Notes: a model not told the origin generated them from the letters alone. A DNA stretch of 64,000 nucleotides from an uncultured Bacteroidota bacterium (GCA_937871435.1 CALMQM010000072.1:3145-67144); one strand, 5' to 3'; numbered from the stretch's first letter, positions 1 through 9,787 are shown. Numbers and translations: made by a program.

Positions 1-1
1 T

Positions 2-1096
2 AAACCGCTTATTCCGGAGGAAATATTAATTCAACTGCGTAAAGCAATTTCTTCATCTAAATCCGGAGAAACTGCTCCAACCGCCACACATAACTCCTCT
101 CCTACGCCTGTTGGATTTGTTGTTGGTACAAGTCCGCAAAGTGTGGAAATTGAAAAACAAATTCAATTGGTTGCACCTACAAATTTCAGTGTCATCATAT
201 TTGGAGAAACAGGGTCAGGCAAGGAAGCAGTAGCGAGATCCATACATGACAAAAGTAAACGTGCAGGAAAACCCTTTATAGCACTTGACTGTGGCGCACT
301 GCCAAAAGACCTTGCAGGAAGTGAATTGTTTGGTCACGAGAAAGGTGCCTTTACCGGCGCTTTGTCAGCTAAAACAGGACAGTTTGAAATGGCTGAAGGC
401 GGGACTTTGTTTCTGGATGAAGTTGCCAATCTGCCATACGATATTCAAACATTGCTCTTGCGTGTTGTGCAGGAAAGGAAAATGAAAAAAATCGGAGGAA
501 CAGCTGAAATCTCCCTGGATGTACGCATCCTGGTAGCATCGAATGAAAATTTATCGGAAGCTGCCAGAAAAGGAAAGTTCAGAGAAGATTTGTACCATCG
601 CTTCAATGAATTCAGCATTCACCTCTCCCCGCTTCGTGAACGCAAAGAAGACATTCTCCCTCTTGCAATGCATTTTCTGAAAGATGTAAACAAAGAATTG
701 CAAAAAAACATCAACGGTTTTGAGAAAGAAGTAATCGATGCTTTTCTACACTATTCCTGGCCGGGAAATATCAGGGAATTGAAAAATGTAGTAAAACGTG
801 CAGCTCTCTTGTCACAGTCAGCACACATTCAAATGCACAACTTGCCATTGGAAATTTCCAATCCATCCCGTTTTATGGAAAACGATGCGCAGGTTACAGA
901 CCCCTCTTCTAAGCCATCCAATGATCTTCGCAGCGCATCGATGGAAGCGGAATACAATACCATTTTGGAAGTATTGAAAAAAGTGAATTTCAATAAATCA
1001 AAGGCAGCTGAATTGTTGAACATCGACAGAAAGACTTTGTACAACAAGATGAAAGCATACAAAATGGTCCACGAATCCAATGATAGTGAGGAGTAA
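2..1096 (+). CDS. sigma-54-dependent (NtrC/Fis-family) response regulator, 5' end cut by window edge
   Basis: Frame 2 is open from nt 2, so the listed GTG at 143 is internal. The AAA+ sigma54-interaction domain shows Walker A GETGSGKE, the GAFTGA loop (EKGAFTGA) and Walker B LFLDEV. The C-terminal Fis-type HTH is AAELLNIDRKTLYNKM. Confidence 0.9.
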   Translation, partial: KPLIPEEILIQLRKAISSSKSGETAPTATHNSSPTPVGFVVGTSPQSVEIEKQIQLVAPTNFSVIIFGETGSGKEAVARSIHDKSKRAGKPFIALDCGALPKDLAGSELFGHEKGAFTGALSAKTGQFEMAEGGTLFLDEVANLPYDIQTLLLRVVQERKMKKIGGTAEISLDVRILVASNENLSEAARKGKFREDLYHRFNEFSIHLSPLRERKEDILPLAMHFLKDVNKELQKNINGFEKEVIDAFLHYSWPGNIRELKNVVKRAALLSQSAHIQMHNLPLEISNPSRFMENDAQVTDPSSKPSNDLRSASMEAEYNTILEVLKKVNFNKSKAAELLNIDRKTLYNKMKAYKMVHESNDSEE

Positions 1097-1109
1097 TAAA
1101 TCGGTTACC

Positions 1110-3140
1110 ATGAGTAGTGCAACATCTCAATCAGAGAGCGGAGGAGTAAATGTATTTGTGCCAAGAATTAAATTCAAAGTACCTGACAGGATCGTTTGGT
1201 TGATTGCAGCGGTTTGTGCAATGCCTGTGTTGTTGAATATTATCGGGATTGATTTCGGGTATATTGGTGACAAACTGGATCCTTATAAGATCACCCAGCT
1301 TTATCAATTTGAACAGGAAACGGCCTTGCAGGAAATTTTGCGAGGCAGGTATGTGCATACCATTTTTGTTTCCATATCGATCACCATATCATTTCTGACA
1401 ATTCTCCTTGCATTCATTGACTTTAGAATAAAAGGTGAACTCAGTACTCCTATTGTAGGTGTTGCATTATTCTGTTCAGGATTGTTTGACACATTTCATG
1501 TTCTTGCGGCAACACAAATTATTCATACGCAAACACAACAATTTTACCTCACCTCCTTCACCTGGTTTTTTTGCCGTCTCTTTCATGCCTCCATTCTCAT
1601 TCTTGGAACCGGAATATTTCTAGCCCGTCCGGGTGCATTCACGGAGGCAGGACAAAAGAACAGAAAGCGTACTTTTTTATTCATCACAGTATTATTCGTA
1701 GGGCTTACGCTCTTTACGATAGCAATGTTGTATCTCGGCAATGACATTCCGAAAATGTTGTATCCATACAGGAACCTCGCCCGCTCCTATGATTTATTGC
1801 CATTGATTCTGTATGCATTATTGGGGTTGTATATTCTGCCGCGTTTTCAGGAACGCTTTCCTTCCCTTTTTGCTCAGACATTATCGCTGAGTATGATTCC
1901 GGCGGTGGCTACGCAATTGTATATGGTTTTCGGATCAAATGAACTGTTCGATAACAATTTCAATATTTCGCATTTCATGGCAGCTGTTACTTATATCATT
2001 CCATTTATAGGTATCAGTATGAATTACCTTCAGACACATCGGAGCGAACAAGAGGTAATCCGGAAACTTCACTCTGAAGTTGCAGTACGGCAGGGCGCTG
2101 AAGAAAAACTTAGTGGTATATTAAACAGTTCGCCTTCTGCCATCATGGCTTTTACTGTCAATAAAAACAAAGAAGGCAAGACGATTGATTATTCCTGGAC
2201 GATTGCCAATCCGGCGATGAAAAAATTATTTGGTCTTGATGCTTCAGAACTTCCGGGTGCAAAGCTCTCCGACAAACTTCCGGAAATGATTGAAGAAGGT
2301 TGGATGGAGATACTCGAACCTGTTATTCGTTCAGGTGAATCAATCAGTCATGAATATTTCTCACAAGCTTTTAAAAAATGGTTTCATCTGGTAGCAGTTC
2401 CCTTAAAAAACGGACTCGCACTCACTGTTAGTGATATTTCACGTAGAAAAAATACTCAGCAGGAATTGTTGACAGCGGAAAGACTTGCCATCACCGGAAA
2501 ACTTGCAAGAGTGATTGCTCACGAGGTGAGAAATCCATTGACCAATATTCATCTCGCGGTTGCTCAGCTTAAAACCGAACTTCCACCTGATTCCGATGTA
2601 AATTTATATCCTGATATCGTAGAAAGAAATGCAGGTCGGATAGATTTGTTGATTTCTGAGCTGCTGAACAGTTCAAGGCCTGAACAAATTCAATCCTTGT
2701 CATGCGATTTGAATGTACTTGTACTCGAAACGAGAGAACTTGTGCGAGACAGAATGCAACTGAAGAATATCACGCTTGACTTGCAACAACACCAGGGAGC
2801 ATTGCTGATTCATGCAGATCCGGCCCGCATAAGAACCGCTTTACTGAATATCATGTTAAACGGAATTGAGGCGATGGAAGAAGGAAAAGGTATTTTAAAA
2901 ATTAAAACTTTTATTGAATCTGAAGAAGCCATTGTGAAAATATCTGACAATGGTACCGGTATCAAGGCGGAAGATTTACCTCAGCTCTTCGACCCTTTCT
3001 TTTCAAATAAATCAAAAGGTATGGGACTGGGACTTACAACCACCCAAAATATTATCCAGTCGCATAACGGGAGTATTCATGTTGAAAGTGAATTTGGAAA
3101 CGGAACAACATTCGTGATCCGATTTCCGCTTACATTTTAA
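1110..3140 (+). CDS. sensor histidine kinase with a polytopic membrane N-terminal module, a PAS-like region, HisKA and HATPase_c
   Basis: The H-box is AHEVRNPLTNI, the N-box LLNIMLNGIEAM, G1 DNGTGI and G2 GMGLGL. About 300 aa of repeated hydrophobic segments lie upstream. I chose the ATG at 1110, 14 nt after the regulator stop; the alternative ATG at 1080 would overlap the regulator by 17 nt. Confidence 0.85.
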   Translation: MSSATSQSESGGVNVFVPRIKFKVPDRIVWLIAAVCAMPVLLNIIGIDFGYIGDKLDPYKITQLYQFEQETALQEILRGRYVHTIFVSISITISFLTILLAFIDFRIKGELSTPIVGVALFCSGLFDTFHVLAATQIIHTQTQQFYLTSFTWFFCRLFHASILILGTGIFLARPGAFTEAGQKNRKRTFLFITVLFVGLTLFTIAMLYLGNDIPKMLYPYRNLARSYDLLPLILYALLGLYILPRFQERFPSLFAQTLSLSMIPAVATQLYMVFGSNELFDNNFNISHFMAAVTYIIPFIGISMNYLQTHRSEQEVIRKLHSEVAVRQGAEEKLSGILNSSPSAIMAFTVNKNKEGKTIDYSWTIANPAMKKLFGLDASELPGAKLSDKLPEMIEEGWMEILEPVIRSGESISHEYFSQAFKKWFHLVAVPLKNGLALTVSDISRRKNTQQELLTAERLAITGKLARVIAHEVRNPLTNIHLAVAQLKTELPPDSDVNLYPDIVERNAGRIDLLISELLNSSRPEQIQSLSCDLNVLVLETRELVRDRMQLKNITLDLQQHQGALLIHADPARIRTALLNIMLNGIEAMEEGKGILKIKTFIESEEAIVKISDNGTGIKAEDLPQLFDPFFSNKSKGMGLGLTTTQNIIQSHNGSIHVESEFGNGTTFVIRFPLTF

Positions 3141-3162
3141 GTACTCGTGTGTATAAAAAACA

Positions 3163-3192
3163 AGAAGCCCTCCCGGTCAAAGGAGGGCTTCT
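3163..3192. terminator. hairpin between convergent genes, probable intrinsic terminator
   Basis: An 11-bp perfect stem agaagccctcc / ggagggcttct encloses an 8-nt loop. On the minus strand a T-run follows (tgttttttat). It lies between the kinase stop (3140) and the lipoprotein stop (3250). Confidence 0.65.
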
Positions 3193-3249
3193 AAAAGTGG
3201 TTGTTGTTCCCGTACGTGAAAAGCGAAGAGGAAACACAATAAACGGGGA

Positions 3250-4110
3250 TTATTTGTCTACCACAACAACCAGGTATTTACTAGCTGCCCAGAATTTCTC
3301 CGGGTTAGTAATCAGGATGTCATTCACCTGATTTCCTTTGTGTTCGATTGTATAACTTTCAGACGGATGATTGGTCAGAATCCGTGCATCTTTTGCTTCA
3401 ACAGGGATAGTTTGAACTTTGGTAATGTCGATCGCTGTGAAGGCATCTTTGTTGAAATCTGAATTTACTTTTTTAGTGGCTCCAATTCCCAATACTCCAC
3501 CTTCTTTTTTCATTACTTGTTTGCTTTGCAACTCTTTAAAGGTTCCGGTAGTGTAATAAGCCTGATTCAAACGGTTGGTTTGTTCCAGAATCACTTCCTG
3601 TTTAGAAGTGTTATCCGCAGTGAGAGTAACTACATCAGTGTTCAACTTTTCAACTTTTGTATTCATCTCAGCAAGTTGATTGTTCAAGTCAACCATTTGT
3701 TTGTCTTTTTCTTCAATCTGAAGATTCAGTTTCTCAATCATAGCCTGGAAGCCGGTGATTTTGATGTTTGATTTCTTCAAACTTGCTGACAAAGCCGCGA
3801 TTTTTTTCTTGTTCTCGCTCATCAGGTCATTGATGGCTTGAATGTTTTCAAGAATACGTTGCTTTTGCGTAGATTTCAGTTCACCATTAGAAGCTGATTC
3901 AGCAACGAGTGTTTGCTTTTTATCAATGGCTGCCAGATTATTTTCAATCTCATTGAATGAAGAAAGGAAATCGGTAATAGTTGAGTCCTTGTATTCAAGA
4001 GAAGATGATAAAGCAGTCTTTTCCTGTTGTAATTTGTCCACATCCGCTTTGTAATCATGACATCCTGATGCCATAACTACTACGATGGCTGCAAATAAGA
4101 TCTTTTTCAT
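3250..4110 (-). CDS. coiled-coil lipoprotein of unknown function
   Basis: The signal peptide carries the lipobox VVMASGC. About 170 aa are heptad-rich with K/E/L/N/Q content typical of coiled coil, followed by a C-terminal globular region. Confidence 0.75.
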   Translation of the reverse strand: MKKILFAAIVVVMASGCHDYKADVDKLQQEKTALSSSLEYKDSTITDFLSSFNEIENNLAAIDKKQTLVAESASNGELKSTQKQRILENIQAINDLMSENKKKIAALSASLKKSNIKITGFQAMIEKLNLQIEEKDKQMVDLNNQLAEMNTKVEKLNTDVVTLTADNTSKQEVILEQTNRLNQAYYTTGTFKELQSKQVMKKEGGVLGIGATKKVNSDFNKDAFTAIDITKVQTIPVEAKDARILTNHPSESYTIEHKGNQVNDILITNPEKFWAASKYLVVVVDK

Positions 4111-4692
4111 AGCTTTTAGATTTTAAGGGTTGAAACGTACTTGTGTCAATGTTGTTTCAATGGAGGATATGATTACCGTGCCAAAATTCAATTTTGCCTT
4201 GTTCTGCTGGTTTTCATTGAATTAAAAGATGAGTGGCTGATACAAGAATTCAATTGCTTCCTCAGATTGGGGAATATCTTCCACACCTCTTTGTCATTTC
4301 CACTCATTCATTTACTCATTTCATAAAAAGAGGCCTAAAAATGCATCCAGCATTATTGATTTGCCTGCGGTACAGTCATTGGATAAAAACACTCAAATCC
4401 CACACCATGAAAAAGTCAATTTATAAAGGCAAAAAAACTGTTCGTGAAATGATCGGATTTATCTCCAGACGATACCCGGTACTTTTCCAGAGTCTGGGCG
4501 AGAAACAAATCAATGATATCCTGAGAAAACAAATGCGTAAGGATGGAGAACCCGGATCAGGCGATGGGATGCATTGAAGACTGAATCAATGGAGTGCTGA
4601 CAGCATTGATGAAATACAAGAAATAATCGGATCGGTGCATTTTCGGATTTCAGGGAGATTTCTATATTGCAGAACTCTAACCCTGAACTAAA

Positions 4693-7026
4693 ATGAAAAA
4701 ACTCTTACTCCTCCTTGTATGTAGTCTATGGTTCACGCTGAAAGTTTCAGCGACTTGTTCTCCCGGATATTCGGAGATTATTGTAAGCATCGTTCCTGAT
4801 GCATTCCCTACTGACATTACCTGGACCCTCACTGATTCGAGTGGCACAGCTATCGCTTCCAACGGAGCGGTGGGTGATACGATTTGTATTCCAAGCGGAT
4901 CGTGTCACACCTTTACTATTTACGACAGCTTTGGTGACGGTTTCAATACTCCGGGTGGCTACTGGCTGTATGTTGATGGAAATCTGGTGGCCAATGGTGG
5001 CAACTTTGGATTCCAGGCAACCTATTCACTGAACTGCCCGGCAGGTATGCATTGTACCAGCGCGATTCCGATTACTGACGGCTCCTACTCTGCTCCATTT
5101 GATGACACCTGGTACTCTTATACACCGGCTGTTTCAGGCACCTACAACATTTCAACCTGTAACAACAATACTTGCGATACTAAAGTCTGGGTATACAGTA
5201 CTTGTCCTGCACAACCTTATGCGGAAGGTCCTCCCGGCTCATATGCTTACAATGATGACAACAATTGCGGTACACAGGCAAACCTGGATGTAATTTTTGT
5301 TGCCAACATTACTTATTTCATTCGCATCGGCGATAATATGGATCAATGCAGCGGACCAATTAATTTCGATCTGTCTTATGTCGGACCAATCTCAGGCTGT
5401 ATGGATCCCAATGCTTGCAATTACAATCCGGCTGCAACTGTTGACGATGGAAGTTGTATTTACAATGGTAACCCGGGATGTGCAGGTCCTGATTTACAAC
5501 TCGATTCTATTGCCTTCCTGAATAGTCTTGGTATCCAGTCACAAGTTGCCGGAACCTGCGATATCGACGAAGGTTGTGTCACCGGTTATGGTACCCGGTA
5601 TGTAATTTCTTTTACTTCCAAAATCAATAACATCGGTTCCCTCGATTTTTACATCGGAGATCCTTCTTCTAATCCCGGTATGTTCAACACAAACAATTGT
5701 CATGGACATGCACACTATGAAGGCTATGGCGATTACCGTCTGTTCGACAGTAACGGAAACCTTGTTCCTGCCGGACATAAAAACGGATTCTGTGTGATGG
5801 ATCTTTGCGGATTCGGTCAATACAATTGTGGTATGATGGGAATTTCTGTAGGTTGCTACGATGCTTACGGTGCAGGAACACAATGCCAGTGGCTGGATAT
5901 TACAGATGTTCCTGAAGGCGATTACCGTATCGCTGCCATTATCAACTCACATCACCTTCCGGATGCTATGGGCCATTATGAAACGAACTACCTGAATAAT
6001 GCTCTTCAGGTGTGTATGCATATCTCACGGAATGGCGGAGTACCCTCCTATACAATTCTTCCAAATTGTACCCCGTTTGTAGATTGCAGCGGAGTACCGG
6101 GTGGAACAGGTGAACTGGATTGCAGCGGAATCTGCAACGGTCCGGGTGTATATGGTGATGCATATTCTGATGGTACACTCAATGCCGGCGACGTAGATAC
6201 TTACATGGATATTATTCAATCCAATATGCCTCCATCCAGTTGTTATGACTTAAATGCGGATGGAGATATTTCGGTGATTGATGCTGCATCCATCAACTGG
6301 TGTATGCATGGTAGCAATTCACATCCCGGCGGCAGTTATCACAACCATTGCCACTTCCCAAGAAACATTGTGAATCCGAATGACCTGGTAGGTTTGTCTA
6401 TTGACAATATTAATTACACAGACAACTATGTTGACATTGCCATTTCCAATCCATCAGCTAAAATCAAAGCATATCAATTCACGATGAGCGGAATCAATAT
6501 CAGCAGCGTCGTGAGTCTTGCCGATCCTGTTTTATTCCCGCTTGATCTTCGTTTCATTCCGAGTACCAACGAAGTGATTGCGATCTCAATTGAAGATTCT
6601 GCTTTGGGACGTGCCAACAACCAATTGCTGGTGAGAATTTATTACAGCTCTGTAACAGATACTTCCATCTGTATTAGCTCCATCAAAGACCTGGTAAATC
6701 AGGATGCGGAACAAACAACTTTCTTCCTGGCAAACAACTGCAGACCTGCATTAAACACCGGCTTGGCTTCCATCTTTAAACCAGCGGATCTTGTAATTCT
6801 TCCGAATCCTGCCAATGATAAAGCTTTCCTGCATCTTTCTTCAGCAGACAAAGGAATTAAAGAAGTTGAGTTGACGGATGCATCCGGAAGAACGATTGCT
6901 GTTCCGGTTCAGTCTGTGCGCGAATTCTGGTATGAAATGGATCTTTCCTCATTGTCGGGTGGAGTTTACATTCTTACAGTTCGCTCTTCAGAAACGTACG
7001 GTGTAACACGATTCGTGAAACTCTGA
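4693..7026 (+). CDS. secreted multidomain protein with a lysyl-oxidase-like copper amine oxidase domain, dockerin-like repeats and a T9SS type A C-terminal sorting domain
   Basis: A signal peptide is present. The LOX-like core spans about 5488-6040: PDL...C-x-x-E-G-C..., NCHGHAHY (HxHxH), GHKNGFCVMD and GCYDAYGAGTQCQWLDITDVPEGDY. Dockerin-like DxDxD repeats (DLNADGDISVIDAASI) lie at about 6154-6300. The C-terminal PNPANDKAFLHL...GVYILTV... is a T9SS CTD. Confidence 0.85.
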   Translation: MKKLLLLLVCSLWFTLKVSATCSPGYSEIIVSIVPDAFPTDITWTLTDSSGTAIASNGAVGDTICIPSGSCHTFTIYDSFGDGFNTPGGYWLYVDGNLVANGGNFGFQATYSLNCPAGMHCTSAIPITDGSYSAPFDDTWYSYTPAVSGTYNISTCNNNTCDTKVWVYSTCPAQPYAEGPPGSYAYNDDNNCGTQANLDVIFVANITYFIRIGDNMDQCSGPINFDLSYVGPISGCMDPNACNYNPAATVDDGSCIYNGNPGCAGPDLQLDSIAFLNSLGIQSQVAGTCDIDEGCVTGYGTRYVISFTSKINNIGSLDFYIGDPSSNPGMFNTNNCHGHAHYEGYGDYRLFDSNGNLVPAGHKNGFCVMDLCGFGQYNCGMMGISVGCYDAYGAGTQCQWLDITDVPEGDYRIAAIINSHHLPDAMGHYETNYLNNALQVCMHISRNGGVPSYTILPNCTPFVDCSGVPGGTGELDCSGICNGPGVYGDAYSDGTLNAGDVDTYMDIIQSNMPPSSCYDLNADGDISVIDAASINWCMHGSNSHPGGSYHNHCHFPRNIVNPNDLVGLSIDNINYTDNYVDIAISNPSAKIKAYQFTMSGINISSVVSLADPVLFPLDLRFIPSTNEVIAISIEDSALGRANNQLLVRIYYSSVTDTSICISSIKDLVNQDAEQTTFFLANNCRPALNTGLASIFKPADLVILPNPANDKAFLHLSSADKGIKEVELTDASGRTIAVPVQSVREFWYEMDLSSLSGGVYILTVRSSETYGVTRFVKL

Positions 7027-7048
7027 CAAATCATCAAAAACAGAAAAG

Positions 7049-7080
7049 AAAGGCGCAGGATTCCTCCCGCGCCTTTTTTT
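7049..7080. terminator. bidirectional intrinsic terminator between convergent genes
   Basis: An 8-bp stem aaaggcgc / gcgccttt encloses a 12-nt loop. A T7 run follows on the + strand and a T-rich tract follows on the - strand. It sits between the stops at 7026 (+) and 7090 (-). Confidence 0.7.
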
Positions 7081-7089
7081 ATACATCGG

Positions 7090-9522
7090 TTACAATACTA
7101 TGTCAACTTTAGATACAGGTTTGCGTCTTGATTTATGCTCAAATTTTTGTTCCGCAAGAATCATGTTTTCAATTCCTTTCAACAAAGCATCGGCATTGTA
7201 AGAAATAGAATCTATTCCCTGTTGAATTAAAAACTGTGCGAATTCAGGAAAATCACTTGGTGCTTGTCCGCATAAGCCAATCTTTTTCCCCGCCTTATGT
7301 GCTTCATGAATCACATTTGAAATCATCTTCTTCACAGAAGGATTATTTTCATCAAATAATTCCTGAACAGTGGAAGAATCTCTGTCAAGGCCAAGTGTTA
7401 ATTGCGTAAGATCATTCGATCCGATGGAAAAACCATCAAATACATTGGCAAAATCTGCCGCCTGTATCACATTGCTTGGTATTTCTGCCATCACGTAGAT
7501 CTCCAACTGATGCACTCCGCGTTTCAATCCGAATTCTTCCATGAGATTAACGACTTTGCGTCCTTCTTCAACTGTCCGGCAAAATGGAATCATCAATTTA
7601 ACATTGGTGAATCCCATTTCTTCTCTCACCTTTTTCATCGCCATACATTCTAGACGAAAACCTTCCCGATACTTTTCATGGTAATATCTTGAAGCTCCCC
7701 TGAATCCTAACATCGGGTTTTCTTCTTCCGGCTCAAATTGTTTTCCTCCAATCAGGTTTGCATATTCATTCGTTTTGAAATCGCTCATGCGTACAATCAC
7801 CTCCTTCGGATAAAATGCAGCCGAGATTGTGGCAACTGCTTGCGAAAGCTTGTCGACAAAAAATAACTTCTTATCCGGATAATGTAAAGTCAGAATATCA
7901 ATTTCTTTCCTGGCCTTTTCGTCAATCAATTCATCGTATTTAACCAATGCCATCGGATGAATACGGATCGCGTTGTTGATGATGAACTCCAGACGCATCA
8001 GTCCAATCCCTTTATTGGGATAAAAAGACAGGCGAAAAGCCTGATCAGGATCTCCAAGAATCAACATAGGTGCGGTTACAGGAATTTTTAACTGACGCAG
8101 ATTTATCGATCTTTCTTCCCATTGCAAATTACCATCATAGATGATTCCATTCTTTCCTTCCGCGCAGCTTACTGTAATAGCCTGTCCATCTTGAATTTTT
8201 TCTGTTGCATCCGTCGTGCCAACTACCGCAACAGCACCAACTTCCCTTGCAACTATTGCTGCATGACTTGTCCTTCCTCCTTTGTTGGTAACAATCGCTG
8301 AAGCTTTTTTAAGAATTGGATCCCAATCCGGATTGGTGTTATCAGTCACCAATACTTCACCTTCCATTAACTGATCCGCTTCAGCAGGTGAATGCAATAT
8401 TCTGGCTACACCACTGGCAATTCCTGATCCTACCGCGCTTCCGGAGCAAAGCACTTTACTTTTTGTTTTGAGACTGAATTCTTTTTTCCAGTACGGATCT
8501 TTTCTTGAATGCACAGTTTCTGGTCGTGCCTGCAGAATGAAGAGTTCTCCACTCCTTCCATCTTTCGCCCATTCGATATCCATTGCATCACCATAATGTT
8601 GCTCAATCATCATACACCACTTTGCAAGTTGAGTAATTTCAGAATCACTCAGCACCCATCGGTTTCTCATTTCAGGATCAGTATCCGTATTTATGATTGC
8701 ATTCTTCATATCTCCTTCCGGAGCATAAATCATCGTCTTTGTTTTTGATCCAAGCTTCTTGCTGATGATGGCATTTTTTCCTGCCATTAATGTCGGTTTG
8801 AAAACAGTGTATTCATCCGGATTAATATTTCCCTGAACAATATTTTCACCCAATCCCCAGCAAGCCGAAATCACAACAGTATCTCTGAACCCGCTTTCCG
8901 GTTCCAGTGTAAAAGCAATGCCGGAAGAAGCCAGATCCGAACGAACCATTTTCTGGACACCTGCAGACAAAGCCACTTTCAGGTGATCGAAACCATTGTC
9001 ACCTCGGTATTTGATCGCTCTGTCATTGAACAATGAAACATAACATGACTGTACTGCCTGCAACACTGAATCTGACCCACGTCGGTTTAAAAAAGAATCA
9101 TGTTGTCCTGCAAAACTGGCTGTAGGTAAATCTTCTGCTGTCGCACTGCTCCTTACCGCGACATCCGGTTCCGTATTGTTGGCATCTGACATCAATGAAT
9201 AGGCATAGCGGATTTTTTCGGAAAGATCCGGAGGCATTTTCCCTTCCGCAATAAGCGCCCGGGCTTGACTTCCGATTTCCGTCAGATTGGAATACCGAAC
9301 GGTATCGAGTTTAGAAATTAATTCACTTAACTTTTCATCGAGATGATTGTAACGTATAAAATACCGATATGCATCCGCTGTTGTTGCAAATCCATCCGGA
9401 ACGTGGATCCCGTAACCGCTGAGGTAATTGATTAATTCACCAAGGGAAGCATTTTTTCCTCCCACTTTTGGCAAATCTGTTCTATGTAGTGTATTGAAGG
9501 GAATAATGTATGTAGTTTCCAT
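7090..9522 (-). CDS. ppsA: phosphoenolpyruvate synthase (pyruvate, water dikinase)
   Basis: The N-terminus shows VGGKNASLGE, the phosphohistidine motif is GGRTSHAAIVARE, and the C-terminal PEP-utilising domain shows SIGSNDLTQL. I trimmed the start to the ATG at 9522 (METTYIIPF...), giving 810 aa. The 44-codon upstream ORF extension has no homology-like features. Confidence 0.93.
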   Translation of the reverse strand: METTYIIPFNTLHRTDLPKVGGKNASLGELINYLSGYGIHVPDGFATTADAYRYFIRYNHLDEKLSELISKLDTVRYSNLTEIGSQARALIAEGKMPPDLSEKIRYAYSLMSDANNTEPDVAVRSSATAEDLPTASFAGQHDSFLNRRGSDSVLQAVQSCYVSLFNDRAIKYRGDNGFDHLKVALSAGVQKMVRSDLASSGIAFTLEPESGFRDTVVISACWGLGENIVQGNINPDEYTVFKPTLMAGKNAIISKKLGSKTKTMIYAPEGDMKNAIINTDTDPEMRNRWVLSDSEITQLAKWCMMIEQHYGDAMDIEWAKDGRSGELFILQARPETVHSRKDPYWKKEFSLKTKSKVLCSGSAVGSGIASGVARILHSPAEADQLMEGEVLVTDNTNPDWDPILKKASAIVTNKGGRTSHAAIVAREVGAVAVVGTTDATEKIQDGQAITVSCAEGKNGIIYDGNLQWEERSINLRQLKIPVTAPMLILGDPDQAFRLSFYPNKGIGLMRLEFIINNAIRIHPMALVKYDELIDEKARKEIDILTLHYPDKKLFFVDKLSQAVATISAAFYPKEVIVRMSDFKTNEYANLIGGKQFEPEEENPMLGFRGASRYYHEKYREGFRLECMAMKKVREEMGFTNVKLMIPFCRTVEEGRKVVNLMEEFGLKRGVHQLEIYVMAEIPSNVIQAADFANVFDGFSIGSNDLTQLTLGLDRDSSTVQELFDENNPSVKKMISNVIHEAHKAGKKIGLCGQAPSDFPEFAQFLIQQGIDSISYNADALLKGIENMILAEQKFEHKSRRKPVSKVDIVL

Positions 9523-9787
9523 GGTCAGAGCTTTACACAGAGATACTACAATCTCTCCCAAAATGCCATGACTTGGATTAGCTAAAAACAAAATAAAACT
9601 CTTGCATTGCAGGCAATCATAAAATAGTGAATTGTGCGGATTATCAGGTAACAAATACGCATGACGAAGCCAATTCAGGCTTCAAATGATAAGAAAACAA
9701 GATTAATCCAAAGACAGATTAGAAATTAGTGATCAACTGAATATCAAGTGTCCGAAAAAAAACAGGGCCCAATGAAGAAATACATTC

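Noticed and set aside
4842-4857. A sigma-54-like promoter, TGGCACAGCTATCGCT, with a near-consensus -24/-12
   Set aside because: It lies 150 nt inside the LOX-like coding sequence on the coding strand, with no downstream start codon to serve. It is most likely a chance match.
9523-9654. A 44-codon N-terminal extension of the ppsA ORF (the listed ORF starts at 9654)
   Set aside because: The extension (MLPDNPHNSLFYDCLQCKSF...) has no counterpart in PEP synthases. The conserved N-terminus begins at METTYIIPF...VGGKNASLGE, so the ATG at 9522 is the likely start.
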